NCBI GenBank assembly: GCA_964057225.1
Contig: OZ059895.1
Coordinates: forward strand, 2,232,001-2,296,000
Length of the DNA: 64,000 bases
Direction of reading: 5' to 3'
Origin: Auanema rhodensis
Lineage: Eukaryota > Animalia > Nematoda
The first letter of the stretch is position 1; every line of letters begins with the position of its first letter. Below, in pieces: positions 9,801 to 22,500 of the stretch. Made by a program: the position numbers and the translations under genes. The notes under the pieces were generated by a model. It made no database searches, had not been told where the DNA came from, and worked only from the letters and a program-made list of their open reading frames with translations.

Positions 9801-12800
9801 TAACATTGTCTATCGTCTTTGCCTTGAAAAATGGAATCTAAAAACATCTACTTTTTGCTAAATTATTTTGAAATTTTTCGAAAAAATTTTTGTCAAAATG
9901 TTTTTGGAAGCAATGTTGAGTGTACATGGAAACTCAACATACACTAATGCATCATTTTTCAAACGATCATAACTAATTTTTGTATCAAGCGTTTCTCAAT
10001 GTAGTATAGTGCATTCGATGCGGATTTTTAAGCTGCGTCGATCTGTGTTATCAGATTTGCGCTAGCTTAAAAATGCACCGAGATATCAACTGATATAAGT
10101 TCACACTTATATCCTCGATTTTCACCCTGAAGAATTGATTTTTTCGTTGAATAACATTGTCTATCGTCTTTGCCTTGAAAAATGGAATCTAAAAACATCT
10201 ACTTTTTGCTAAATAATTTTGAAATTTTTCGAAAAAATTTTTGTCAAAATGTTTTTGGAAGCAATGTTGAGTGTACATGGAAACTCAACATACACTAATG
10301 CATCATTTTTCAAACGATCATAACTAATTTTTGTATTAAGCGTTTCTCAATGTAGTATAGTGCATTCGATGCGGATTTTTAAGCTGCGTCGATCTGTGTT
10401 ATCAGATTTGCGCTAGCTTAAAAATGCACCGAGATATCAACTGATATAAGTTCACACTTATATCCTCGATTTTCACCCTGAAGAATTGATTTTTTCGTTG
10501 AATAACATTGTCTATCGTCTTTGCCTTGAAAAATGGAATCTAAAAACATCTACTTTTTGCTAAATTATTTTGAAATTTTTCGAAAAAATTTTTGTCAAAA
10601 TGTTTTTGGAAGCAATGTTGAGTGTACATGGAAACTCAACATACACTAATGCATCATTTTTCAAACGATCATAACTAATTTTTGTATCAAGCGTTTCTCG
10701 ATGTAGTATAGTGCATTCGATGCGGATTTTTAAGCTGCGTCGATCTGTGTTATCAGATTTGCGCTAGCTTAAAAATGCACCGAGATATCAACTGATATAA
10801 GTTCACACTTATATCCTCGATTTTCACCCTGAAGAATTGATTTTTTCGTTGAATAACATTGTCTATCGTCTTTGCCTTGAAAAATGGAATCTAAAAACAT
10901 CTACTTTTTGCTAAATTATTTTGAAATTTTTCGAAAAAATTTTTGTCAAAATGTTTTTGGAAGCAATGTTGAGTGTACATGGAAACTCAACATACACTAA
11001 TGCATCATTTTTCAAACGATCATAACTAATTTTTGTATCAAGCGTTTCTCAATGTAGTATAGTGCATTCGATGCGGATTTTTAAGCTGCGTCGATCTGTG
11101 TTATCAGATTTGCGCTAGCTTAAAAATGCACCGAGATATCAACTGATATAAGTTCACACTTATATCCTCGATTTTCACCCTGAAGAATTGATTTTTTCGT
11201 TGAATAACATTGTCTATCGTCTTTGCCTTGAAAAATGGAATCTAAAAACATCTACTTTTTGCTAAATTATTTTGAAATTTTTCGAAAAAATTTTTGTCAA
11301 AATGTTTTTGGAAGCAATGTTGAGTGTACATGGAAACTCAACATACACTAATGCATCATTTTTCAAACGATCATAACTAATTTTTGTATCAAACGTTTCT
11401 CAATGTAGTATAGTGCATTCGATGCGGATTTTTAAGCTGCGTCGATCTGTGTTATCAGATTTGCGCTAGCTTAAAAATGCACCGAGATATCAACTGATAT
11501 AAGTTCACACTTATATCCTCGATTTTCACCCTGAAGAATTAATTTTTTCGTTGAATAACATTGTCCATCGTCTTTGCCTTGAAAAATGGAATCTATAAAC
11601 ATCTACTTTTTGCTAAATTATTTTGAAATTTTTCGAAAAAATTTTTGTCAAAATGTTTTTGGAAGCAATGTTGAGTGTACATGGAAACTCAACATACACT
11701 AATGCATCATTTTTTAAACAATCATAACTAATTTTTGTATCAAACGTTTCTCAATGTAGTATAGTGCATTCGATGCGGATTTTTAAGCTGCGTCGATCTG
11801 TGTTATCAGATTTGCGCTAGCCTAAAAATGCACCGAGATATCAACTGATATAAGTTCACACTTATATCCTCGATTTTCACCCTGAAGAATTGATTTTTTC
11901 GTTGAATAACATTGTCTATCGTCTTTGCCTTAAAAAATGGAATCTAAAAACATCTACTTTTTGCTAAATTATTTTGAAATTTTTCGAAAAAATTTTTGTC
12001 AAAATGTTTTTGGAAGCAATATTGAGTGTACATGGAAACTCAACATACACTAATGCATCATTTTTCAAACAATCATAACTAATTTTTGTATCAAGCGTTT
12101 CTCAATGTAGTATAGTGCATTCGATGCGGATTTTTAAGCTGCGTCGATCTGTGTTATCAGATTTGCGCTAGCTTAAAAATGCACCGAGATATCAACTGAT
12201 ATAAGTTCACACTTATATCCTCGATTTTCACCCTGAAGAATTGATTTTTTCGTTGAATAACATTGTCTATCGTCTTTGCCTTGAAAAATGGAATCTAAAA
12301 ACATCTACTTTTTGCTAAATTATTTTGAAATTTTTCGAAAAAATTTTTGTCAAAATGTTTTTGGAAGCAATGTTGAGTGTACATGGAAACTCAACATACA
12401 CTAATGCATCATTTTTCAAACGATCATAACTAATTTTTGTATCAAGCGTTTCTCGATGTAGTATAGTGCATTCGATGCGGATTTTTAAGCTGCGTCGATC
12501 TGTGTTATCAGATTTGCGCTAGCTTAAAAATGCACCGAGATATCAACTGATATAAGTTCACACTTATATCCTCGATTTTCACCCTGAAGAATTGATTTTT
12601 TCGTTGAATAACATTGTCTATCGTCTTTGCCTTGAAAAATGGAATCTAAAAACATCTACTTTTTGCTAAATTATTTTGAAATTTTTCGAAAAAATTTTTG
12701 TCAAAATGTTTTTGGAAGCAATGTTGAGTGTACATGGAAACTCAACATACACTAATGCATCATTTTTCAAACGATCATAACTAATTTTTGTATCAAGCGT

Positions 12801-15800
12801 TTCTTAATGTAGTATAGTGCATTCGATGCGGATTTTTAAGCTGCGTCGATCTGTGTTATCAGATTTGCGCTAGCTTAAAAATGCACCGAGATATCAACTG
12901 ATATAAGTTCACACTTATATCCTCGATTTTCACCCTGAAGAATTAATTTTTTCGTTGAATAACATTGTCCATCGTCTTTGATTTGAAAAATGGAATCTAA
13001 AAACATCTACTTTTTGCTAAATTATTTTGAAATTTTTCGAAAAAATTTTTGTCAAAATGTTTTTGGAAGCAATGTTGAGTGTACATGGAAACTCAACATA
13101 CACTAATGCATCATTTTTCAAACAATCATAACTAATTTTTGTATCAAACGTTTCTCAATGTAGTATAGTGCATTCGATGCGGATTTTTAAGCTGCGTCGA
13201 TCTGTGTTATCAGATTTGCGCTAGCTTAAAAATGCACCGAGATATCAACTGATATAAGTTCACACTTATATCCTCGATTTTCACCCTGAAGAATTGATTT
13301 TTTCGTTGAATAACATTGTCTATCGTCTTTGCCTTGAAAAATGGAATCTAAAAACATCTACTTTTTGCTAAATTATTTTGAAATTTTTCGAAAAAATTTT
13401 TGTCAAAATGTTTTTGGAAGCAATGTTGAGTGTACATGGAAACTCAACATACACTAATGCATCATTTTTCAAACGATCATAACTAATTTTTGTATCAAGC
13501 GTTTCTCGATGTAGTATAGTGCATTCGATGCGGATTTTTAAGCTGCGTCGATCTGTGTTATCAGATTTGCGCTAGCTTAAAAATGCACCGAGATATCAAC
13601 TGATATAAGTTCACACTTATATCCTCGATTTTCACCCTGAAGAATTGATTTTTTCGTTGAATAACATTGTCTATCGTCTTTGCCTTGAAAAATGGAATCT
13701 AAAAACATCTACTTTTTGCTAAATTATTTTGAAATTTTTCGAAAAAATTTTTGTCAAAATGTTTTTGGAAGCAATGTTGAGTGTACATGGAAACTCAACA
13801 TACACTAATGCATCATTTTTCAAACGATCATAACTAATTTTTGTATCAAGCGTTTCTCGATGTAGTATAGTGCATTCGATGCGGATTTTTAAGCTGCGTC
13901 GATCTGTGTTATCAGATTTGCGCTAGCTTAAAAATGCACCGAGATATCAACTGATATAAGTTCACACTTATATCCTCGATTTTCACCCTGAAGAATTGAT
14001 TTTTTCGTTGAATAACATTGTCTATCGTCTTTGCCTTGAAAAATGGAATCTAAAAACATCTACTTTTTGCTAAATTATTTTGAAATTTTTCGAAAAAATT
14101 TTTGTCAAAATGTTTTTGGAAGCAATGTTGAGTGTACATGGAAACTCAACATACACTAATGCATCATTTTTCAAACGATCATAACTAATTTTTGTATTAA
14201 GCGTTTCTCAATGTAGTATAGTGCATTCGATGCGGATTTTTAAGCTGCGTCGATCTGTGTTATCAGATTTGCGCTAGCTTAAAAATGCACCGAGATATCA
14301 ACTGATATAAGTTCACACTTATATCCTCGATTTTCACCCTGAAGAATTGATTTTTTCGTTGAATAACATTGTCTATCGTCTTTGCCTTGAAAAATGGAAT
14401 CTAAAAACATCTACTTTTTGCTAAATTATTTTGAAATTTTTCGAAAAAATTTTTGTCAAAATGTTTTTGGAAGCAATGTTGAGTGTACATGGAAACTCAA
14501 CATACACTAATGCATCATTTTTCAAACGATCATAACTAATTTTTGTATTAAGCGTTTCTCAATGTAGTATAGTGCATTCGATGCGGATTTTTAAGCTGCG
14601 TCGATCTGTGTTATCAGATTTGCGCTAGCTTAAAAATGCACCGAGATATCAACTGATATAAGTTCACACTTATATCCTCGATTTTCACCCTGAAGAATTG
14701 ATTTTTTCGTTGAATAACATTGTCCATCGTCTTTGCCTTGAAAAATGGAATCTAAAAACATCTACTTTTTGCTAAATTATTTTGAAATTTTTCGAAAGAA
14801 TTTTTGTCAAAATGTTTTTGGAAGCAATGTTGAGTGTACATGGAAACTCAACATACACTAATGCATCATTTTTCAAACAATCATAACTAATTTTTGTATC
14901 AAACGTTTCTCAATGTAGTATAGTGCATTCGATGCGGATTTTTAAGCTGCGTCGATCTATGTTATCAGATTTGCGCTAGCTTAAAAATGCACCGAGATAT
15001 CAACTGATATAAGTTCACACTTATATCCTCGATTTTCACCCTGAAGAATTAATTTTTTCGTTGAATAACATTGTCCATCGTCTTTGCCTTGAAAAATGGA
15101 ATCTAAAAACATCTACTTTTTGCTAAATTATTTTGAAATTTTTCGAAAAAATTTTTGTCAAAATGTTTTTGGAAGCAATGTTGAGTGTACATGAAAACTC
15201 AACATACACTAATGCATCATTTTTCAAACAATCATAACTAATTTTTGTATCAAACGTTTCTCAATGTAGTATAGTGCATTCGATGCGGATTTTTAAGCTG
15301 CGTCGATCTGTGTTATCAGATTTGCGCTAGCTTAAAAATGCACCGAGATATCAACTGATATAAGTTCACACTTATATCCTCGATTTTCACCCTGAAGAAT
15401 TAATTTTTTCGTTGAATAACATTGTCCATCGTCTTTGCCTTGAAAAATGGAATCTAAAAACATCTACTTTTTGCTAAATTATTTTGAAATTTTTCGAAAA
15501 AATTTTTGTCAAAATGTTTTTGGAAGCAATGTTGAGTGTACATGGAAACTCAACATACACTAATGCATCATTTTTCAAACAATCATAACTAATTTGTGTA
15601 TTAAGCGTTTCTCAATGTAGTATAGTGCATTCGATGCGGATTTTTAAGCTGCGTCGACCTGTGTTATCAGATTTGCGCTAGCTTAAAAATGCACCGAGAT
15701 ATCAACTGATATAAGTTCACACTTATATCCTCGATTTTCACCCTGAAGAATTAATTTTTTCGTTGAATAACATTGTCCATCGTCTTTGCCTTGAAAAATG

Positions 15801-18800
15801 GAATCTATAAACATCTACTTTTTGCTAAATTATTTTGAAATTTTTCGAAAAAATTTTTGTCAAAATGTTTTTGGAAGCAATGTTGAGTGTACATGGAAAC
15901 TCAACATACACTAATGCATCATTTTTCAAACGATCATAACTAATTTTTGTATCAAACGTTTCTCAATGTAGTATAGTGCATTCGATGCGGATTTTTAAGC
16001 TGCGTCGATCTGTGTTATCAGATTTGCGCTAGCTTAAAAATGCACCGAGATATCAACTGATATAAGTTCACACTTATATCCTCGATTTTCACCCTGAAGA
16101 ATTAATTTTTTCGTTGAATAACATTGTCCATCGTCTTTGCCTTGAAAAATGGAATCTAAAAACATCTACTTTTTGCTAAATTATTTTGAAATTTTTCGAA
16201 AAAATTTTTGTCAAAATGTTTTTGGAAGCAATGTTGAGTGTACATGGAAACTCAACATACACTAATGCATCATTTTTCAAACAATCATAACTAATTTGTG
16301 TATTAAGCGTTTCTCAATGTAGTATAGTGCATTCGATGCGGATTTTTAAGCTGCGTCGATCTGTGTTATCAGATTTGCGCTAGCTTAAAAATGCACCGAG
16401 ATATCAACTGATATAAGTTCACACTTATATCCTCGATTTTCACCCTGAAGAATTAATTTTTTCGTTGAATAACATTGTCCATCGTCTTTGCCTTGAAAAA
16501 TGGAATCTATAAACATCTACTTTTTGCTAAATTATTTTGAAATTTTTCGAAAAAATTTTTGTCAAAATGTTTTTGGAAGCAATGTTGAGTGTACATGGAA
16601 ACTCAACATACACTAATGCATCATTTTTCAAACGATCATAACTAATTTTTGTATCAAACGTTTCTCAATGTAGTATAGTGCATTCGATGCGGATTTTTAA
16701 GCTGCGTCGATCTGTGTTATCAGATTTGCGCTAGCTTAAAAATGCACCGAGATATCAACTGATATAAGTTCACACTTATATCCTCGATTTTCACCCTGAA
16801 GAATTGATTGTTTTGTTGAATAACATTGTCTATCGTCTTTGCCTTGAAAAATGGAATCTAAAAACATCTACTTTTTGCTAAATTATTTTGAAATTTTTCG
16901 AAAAAATTTTTGTCAAAATGTTTTTGGAAGCAATGTTGAGTGTACATGGAAACTCAACATACACTAATGCATCATTTTTCAAACGATCATAACTAATTTT
17001 TGTATCAAGCGTTTCTCAATGTAGTATAGTGCATTCGATGCGGATTTTTAAGCTGCGTCGATCTGTGTTATCAGATTTGCGCTAGCTTAAAAATGCACCG
17101 AGATATCAACTGATATAAGTTCACACTTATATCCTCGATTTTCACCCTGAAGAATTAATTTTTTCGTTGAATAACATTGTCAATCGTCTTTGCCTTGAAA
17201 AATGAAATCTAAAAACATCTACTTTTTGCTAAATTATTTTGAAATTTTTCGAAAAAATTTTTGTCAAAATGTTTTTGGAAGCAATGTTGAGTGTACATGG
17301 AAACTCAACATACACTAATGCATCATTTTTCAAACGATCATAACTAATTTTTGTATCAAGCGTTTCTCGATGTAGTATAGTGCATTCGATGCGGATTTTT
17401 AAGCTGCGTCGATCTGTGTTATCAGATTTGCGCTAGCTTAAAAATGCACCGAGATATCAACTGATATAAGTTCACACTTATATCCTCGATTTTCACCCTG
17501 AAGAATTGATTGTTTTGTTGAATAACATTGTCTATCGTCTTTGCCTTGAAAAATGGAATCTAAAAACATCTACTTTTTGCTAAATTATTTTGAAATTTTT
17601 CGAAAAAATTTTTGTCAAAATGTTTTTGGAAGCAATGTTGAGTGTACATGGAAACTCAACATACACTAATGCATCATTTTTCAAACGATCATAACTAATT
17701 TTTGTATCAAGCGTTTCTCAATGTAGTATAGTGCATTCGATGCGGATTTTTAAGCTGCGTCGATCTGTGTTATCAGATTTGCGCTAGCTTAAAAATGCAC
17801 CGAGATATCAACTGATATAAGTTCACACTTATATCCTCGATTTTCACCCTGAAGAATTAATTTTTTCGTTGAATAACATTGTCCATCGTCTTTGCCTTGA
17901 AAAATGGAATCTATAAACATCTACTTTTTGCTAAATTATTTTGAAATTTTTCGAAAAAATTTTTGTCAAAATGTTTTTGGAAGCAATGTTGAGTGTACAT
18001 GGAAACTCAACATACACTAATGCATCATTTCTCAAACGATCATGACTAATTTTTGTATCAAACGTTTCTCAATGTAGTATAGTGCATTCGATGCGGATTT
18101 TTAAGCTGCGTCGATCTGTGTTATCAGATTTGCGCTAGCTTAAAAATGCACCGAGATATCAACTGATATAAGTTCACACTTATATCCTCGATTTTCACCC
18201 TGAAGAATTGATTGTTTTGTTGAATAACATTGTCTATCGTCTTTGCCTTGAAAAATGGAATCTAAAAACATCTACTTTTTGCTAAATTATTTTGAAATTT
18301 TTCGAAAAAATTTTTGTCAAAATGTTTTTGGAAGCAATGTTGAGTGTACATGGAAACTCAACATACACTAATGCATCATTTTTCAAACGATCATAACTAA
18401 TTTTTGTATCAAGCGTTCCTCAATGTAGTATAGTGCATTCGATGCGGATTTTTAAGCTGCGTCGATCTGTGTTATCAGATTTGCGCTAGCTTAAAAATGC
18501 ACCGAGATATCAACTGATATAAGTTCACACTTATATCCTCGATTTTCACCCTGAAGAATTAATTTTTTCGTTGAATAACATTGTCAATCGTCTTTGCCTT
18601 GAAAAATGAAATCTAATAACATCTACTTTTTGCTAAATTATTTTGAAATTTTTCGAAAAAATTTTTGTCAAAATGTTTTTGGAAGCAATGTTGAGTGTAC
18701 ATGGAAACTCAACATACACTAATGCATCATTTTTCAAACGATCATAACTAATTTTTGTATCAAGCGTTTCTCGATGTAGTATAGTGCATTCGATGCGGAT

Positions 18801-19699
18801 TTTTAAGCTGCGTCGATCTGTGTTATCAGATTTGCGCTAGCTTAAAAATGCACCGAGATATCAACTGATATAAGTTCACACTTATATCCTCGATTTTCAC
18901 CCTGAAGAATTGATTTTTTCGTTGAATAACATTGTCTATCGTCTTTGCCTTGAAAAATGGAATCTAAAAACATCTACTTTTTGCTAAATTATTTTGAAAT
19001 TTTTCGAAAAAATTTTTGTCAAAATGTTTTTGGAAGCAATGTTGAGTGTACATGGAAACTCAACATACACTAATGCATCATTTTTCAAACGATCATAACT
19101 AATTTTTGTATCAAGCGTTTCTCAATGTAGTATAGTGCATTCGATGCGGATTTTTAAGCTGCGTCGATCTGTGTTATCAGATTTGCGCTAGCTTAAAAAT
19201 GCACCGAGATATCAACTGATATAAGTTCACACTTATATCCTCGATTTTCACCCTGAAGAATTGATTGTTTTGTTGAATAACATTGTCTATCGTCTTTGCC
19301 TTGAAAAATGGAATCTAAAAACATCTACTTTTTGCTAAATTATTTTGAAATTTTTCGAAAAAATTTTTGTCAAAATGTTTTTGGAAGCAATGTTGAGTGT
19401 ACATGGAAACTCAACATACACTAATGCATCATTTTTCAAACGATCATAACTAATTTTTGTATCAAGCGTTTCTCAATGTAGTATAGTGCATTCGATGCGG
19501 ATTTTTAAGCTGCGTCGATCTGTGTTATCAGATTTGCGCTAGCTTAAAAATGCACCGAGATATCAACTGATATAAGTTCACACTTATATCCTCGATTTTC
19601 ACCCTGAAGAATTAATTTTTTCGTTGAATAACATTGTCCATCGTCTTTGCCTGGAAAAATGGAATCTAAAAACATCTACTTTTTGCTAAATTATTTTGA

Positions 19700-22500
19700 A
19701 ATTTTTCGAAAAAATTTTTGTCAAAATGTTTTTGGAAGCAATGTTGAGTGTACATGGAAACTCAACATACACTAATGCATCATTTTTCAAACAATCATAA
19801 CTAATTTGTGTATTAAGCGTTTCTCAATGTAGTATAGTGCATTCGATGCGGATTTTTGAGCTGCGTCGATCTGTGTTATCAGATTTGCGCTAGCTTAAAA
19901 ATGCACCGAGATATCAACTGATATAAGTTCACACTTATATCCTCGATTTTCACCCTGAAGAATTGATTTTTTCGTTGAATAACATTGTCTATCGTCTTTG
20001 CCTTGAAAAATGGAATCCAAAAACATCTACTTTTTGCTAAATTATTTTGAAATTTTTCGAAAAAATTTTTGTCAAAATGTTTTTGGAAGCAATGTTGAGT
20101 GTACATGGAAACTCAACATACACTAATGCATCATTTTTCAAACAATCATAACTAATTTGTGTATTAAGCGTTTCTCAATGTAGTATAGTGCATTTGATGC
20201 GGATTTTTAAGCTGCGTCGATCTGTGTTATCAGATTTGCGCTAGTTTAAAAATGCACCGAGATATCAACTGCTATAAGTTCACACTTATATCCTCGATTT
20301 TCACCCTGAAGAATTAATTTTTTCGTTGAATAACATTGTCCATCGTCTTTGCCTGGAAAAATGGAATCTAAAAACATCTACTTTTTGCTAAATTATTTTG
20401 AAATTTTTCGAAAAAATTTTTGTCAAAATGTTTTTGGAAGCAATGTTGAGTGTACATGGAAACTCAACATACACTAATGCATCATTTTTCAAACAATCAT
20501 AACTAATTTGTGTATTAAGCGTTTTTCAATGTAGTATAGTGCATTCGATGCGGATTTTTAAGCTGCGTCGATCTGTGTTATCAGATTTGCGCTAGCTTAA
20601 AAATGCACCGAGATATCAACTGCTATAAGTTCACACTTATATCCTCGATTTTCACCCTGAAGAATTAATTTTTTCGTTGAATAACATTGTCCATCGTCTT
20701 TGCCTTGAAAAAAGGAATCTAAAAACATCTACTTTTTGCTAAATTATTTTGAAATTTTTGGAAAAAATTTTTGTCAAAATGTTTTTGGAAGCAATGTTGA
20801 GTGTACATGGAAACTCAACATACACTAATGCATCATTTTTCAAACGATCATAACTAATTTTTGTATTAAGCGTTTCTCAATGTAGTATAGTGCATTCGAT
20901 GCGGATTTTTAAGCTGCGTCGATCTGTGTTATCAGATTTGCGCTAGCTTAAAAATGCACCGAGATATCAACTGATATAAGTTCACACTTATATCCTCGAT
21001 TTTCACCCTGAAGAATTAATTTTTTCGTTGAATAGCATTGTCCATCGTCTTTGCCTTGAAAAAAGAAATCTAAAAACATCTACTTTTTGCTAAATTATTT
21101 TGAAATTTTTCGAAAAAATTTTTGTCAAAATGTTTTTGGAAGCAATGTTGAGTGTACATGGAAACTCAACATACACTAATGCATCATTTTTCAAGCAATC
21201 ATAACTAATTTGTGTATTAAGCGTTTCTCAATGTAGTATAGTGCATTCGATGCGGATTTTTGAGCTGCGTCGATCTGTGTTATCAGATTTGCGCTAGCTT
21301 AAAAATGCACCGAGATATCAACTGATATAAGTTCACACTTATATCCTCGATTTTCACCCTGAAGAATTGATTTTTTCGTTGAATAACATTGTCTATCGTC
21401 TTTGCCTTGAAAAATGGAATCCAAAAACATCTACTTTTTGCTAAATTATTTTGAAATTTTTCGAAAAAATTTTTGTCAAAATGTTTTTGGAAGCAATGTT
21501 GAGTGTACATGGAAACTCAACATACACTAATGCATCATTTTTCAAACAATCATAACTAATTTGTGTATTAAGCGTTTCTCAATGTAGTATAGTGCATTTG
21601 ATGCGGATTTTTAAGCTGCGTCGATCTGTGTTATCAGATTTGCGCTAGCTTAAAAATGCACCGAGATATCAACTGCTATAAGTTCACACTTATATCCTCG
21701 ATTTTCACCCTGAAGAATTAATTTTTTCGTTGAATAACATTGTCCATCGTCTTTGCCTGGAAAAATGGAATCTAAAAACATCTACTTTTTGCTAAATTAT
21801 TTTGAAATTTTTCGAAAAAATTTTTGTCAAAATGTTTTTGGAAGCAATGTTGAGTGTACATGGAAACTCAACATACACTAATGCATCATTTTTCAAACAA
21901 TCATAACTAATTTGTGTATTAAGCGTTTTTCAATGTAGTATAGTGCATTCGATGCGGATTTTTAAGCTGCGTCGATCTGTGTTATCAGATTTGCGCTAGC
22001 TTAAAAATGCACCGAGATATCAACTGCTATAAGTTCACACTTATATCCTCGATTTTCACCCTGAAGAATTAATTTTTTCGTTGAATAACATTGTCCATCG
22101 TTTTTGCCTTGAAAAAAGGAATCTAAAAACATCTACTTTTTGCTAAATTATTTTGAAATTTTTGGAAAAAATTTTTGTCAAAATGTTTTTGGAAGCAATG
22201 TTGAGTGTACATGGAAACTCAACATACACTAATGCATCATTTTTCAAACGATCATAACTAATTTTTGTATTAAGCGTTTCTCAATGTAGTATAGTGCATT
22301 CGATGCGGATTTTTAAGCTGCGTCGATCTGTGTTATCAGATTTGCGCTAGCTTAAAAATGCACCGAGATATCAACTGATATAAGTTCACACTTATATCCT
22401 CGATTTTCACCCTGAAGAATTAATTTTTTCGTTGAATAGCATTGTCCATCGTCTTTGCCTTGAAAAAAGAAATCTAAAAACATCTACTTTTTGCTAAATT
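19700..22500. repeat. Tandem duplication of a 4-monomer (1404 bp) block; boundaries approximate
   Basis: Rare variants recur at +1404: GAATCCAAAA (20018/21422), CATTTGATG (20195/21599), TTTGAGCTG (19858/21262) and TTTTGGAAAA (20760/22164). Confidence 0.9.

Noticed and set aside
19879-20106. 75-aa minus-strand ORF as a real CDS
   Set aside because: It lies wholly in satellite sequence and exists only through one TAG>TGG SNP. Its F/K/N-rich composition mirrors the A/T tracts and it has no recognisable domain.
21283-21510. Second identical 75-aa ORF
   Set aside because: It is a copy of the first, made by the 1404-bp duplication, so it is not independent evidence.
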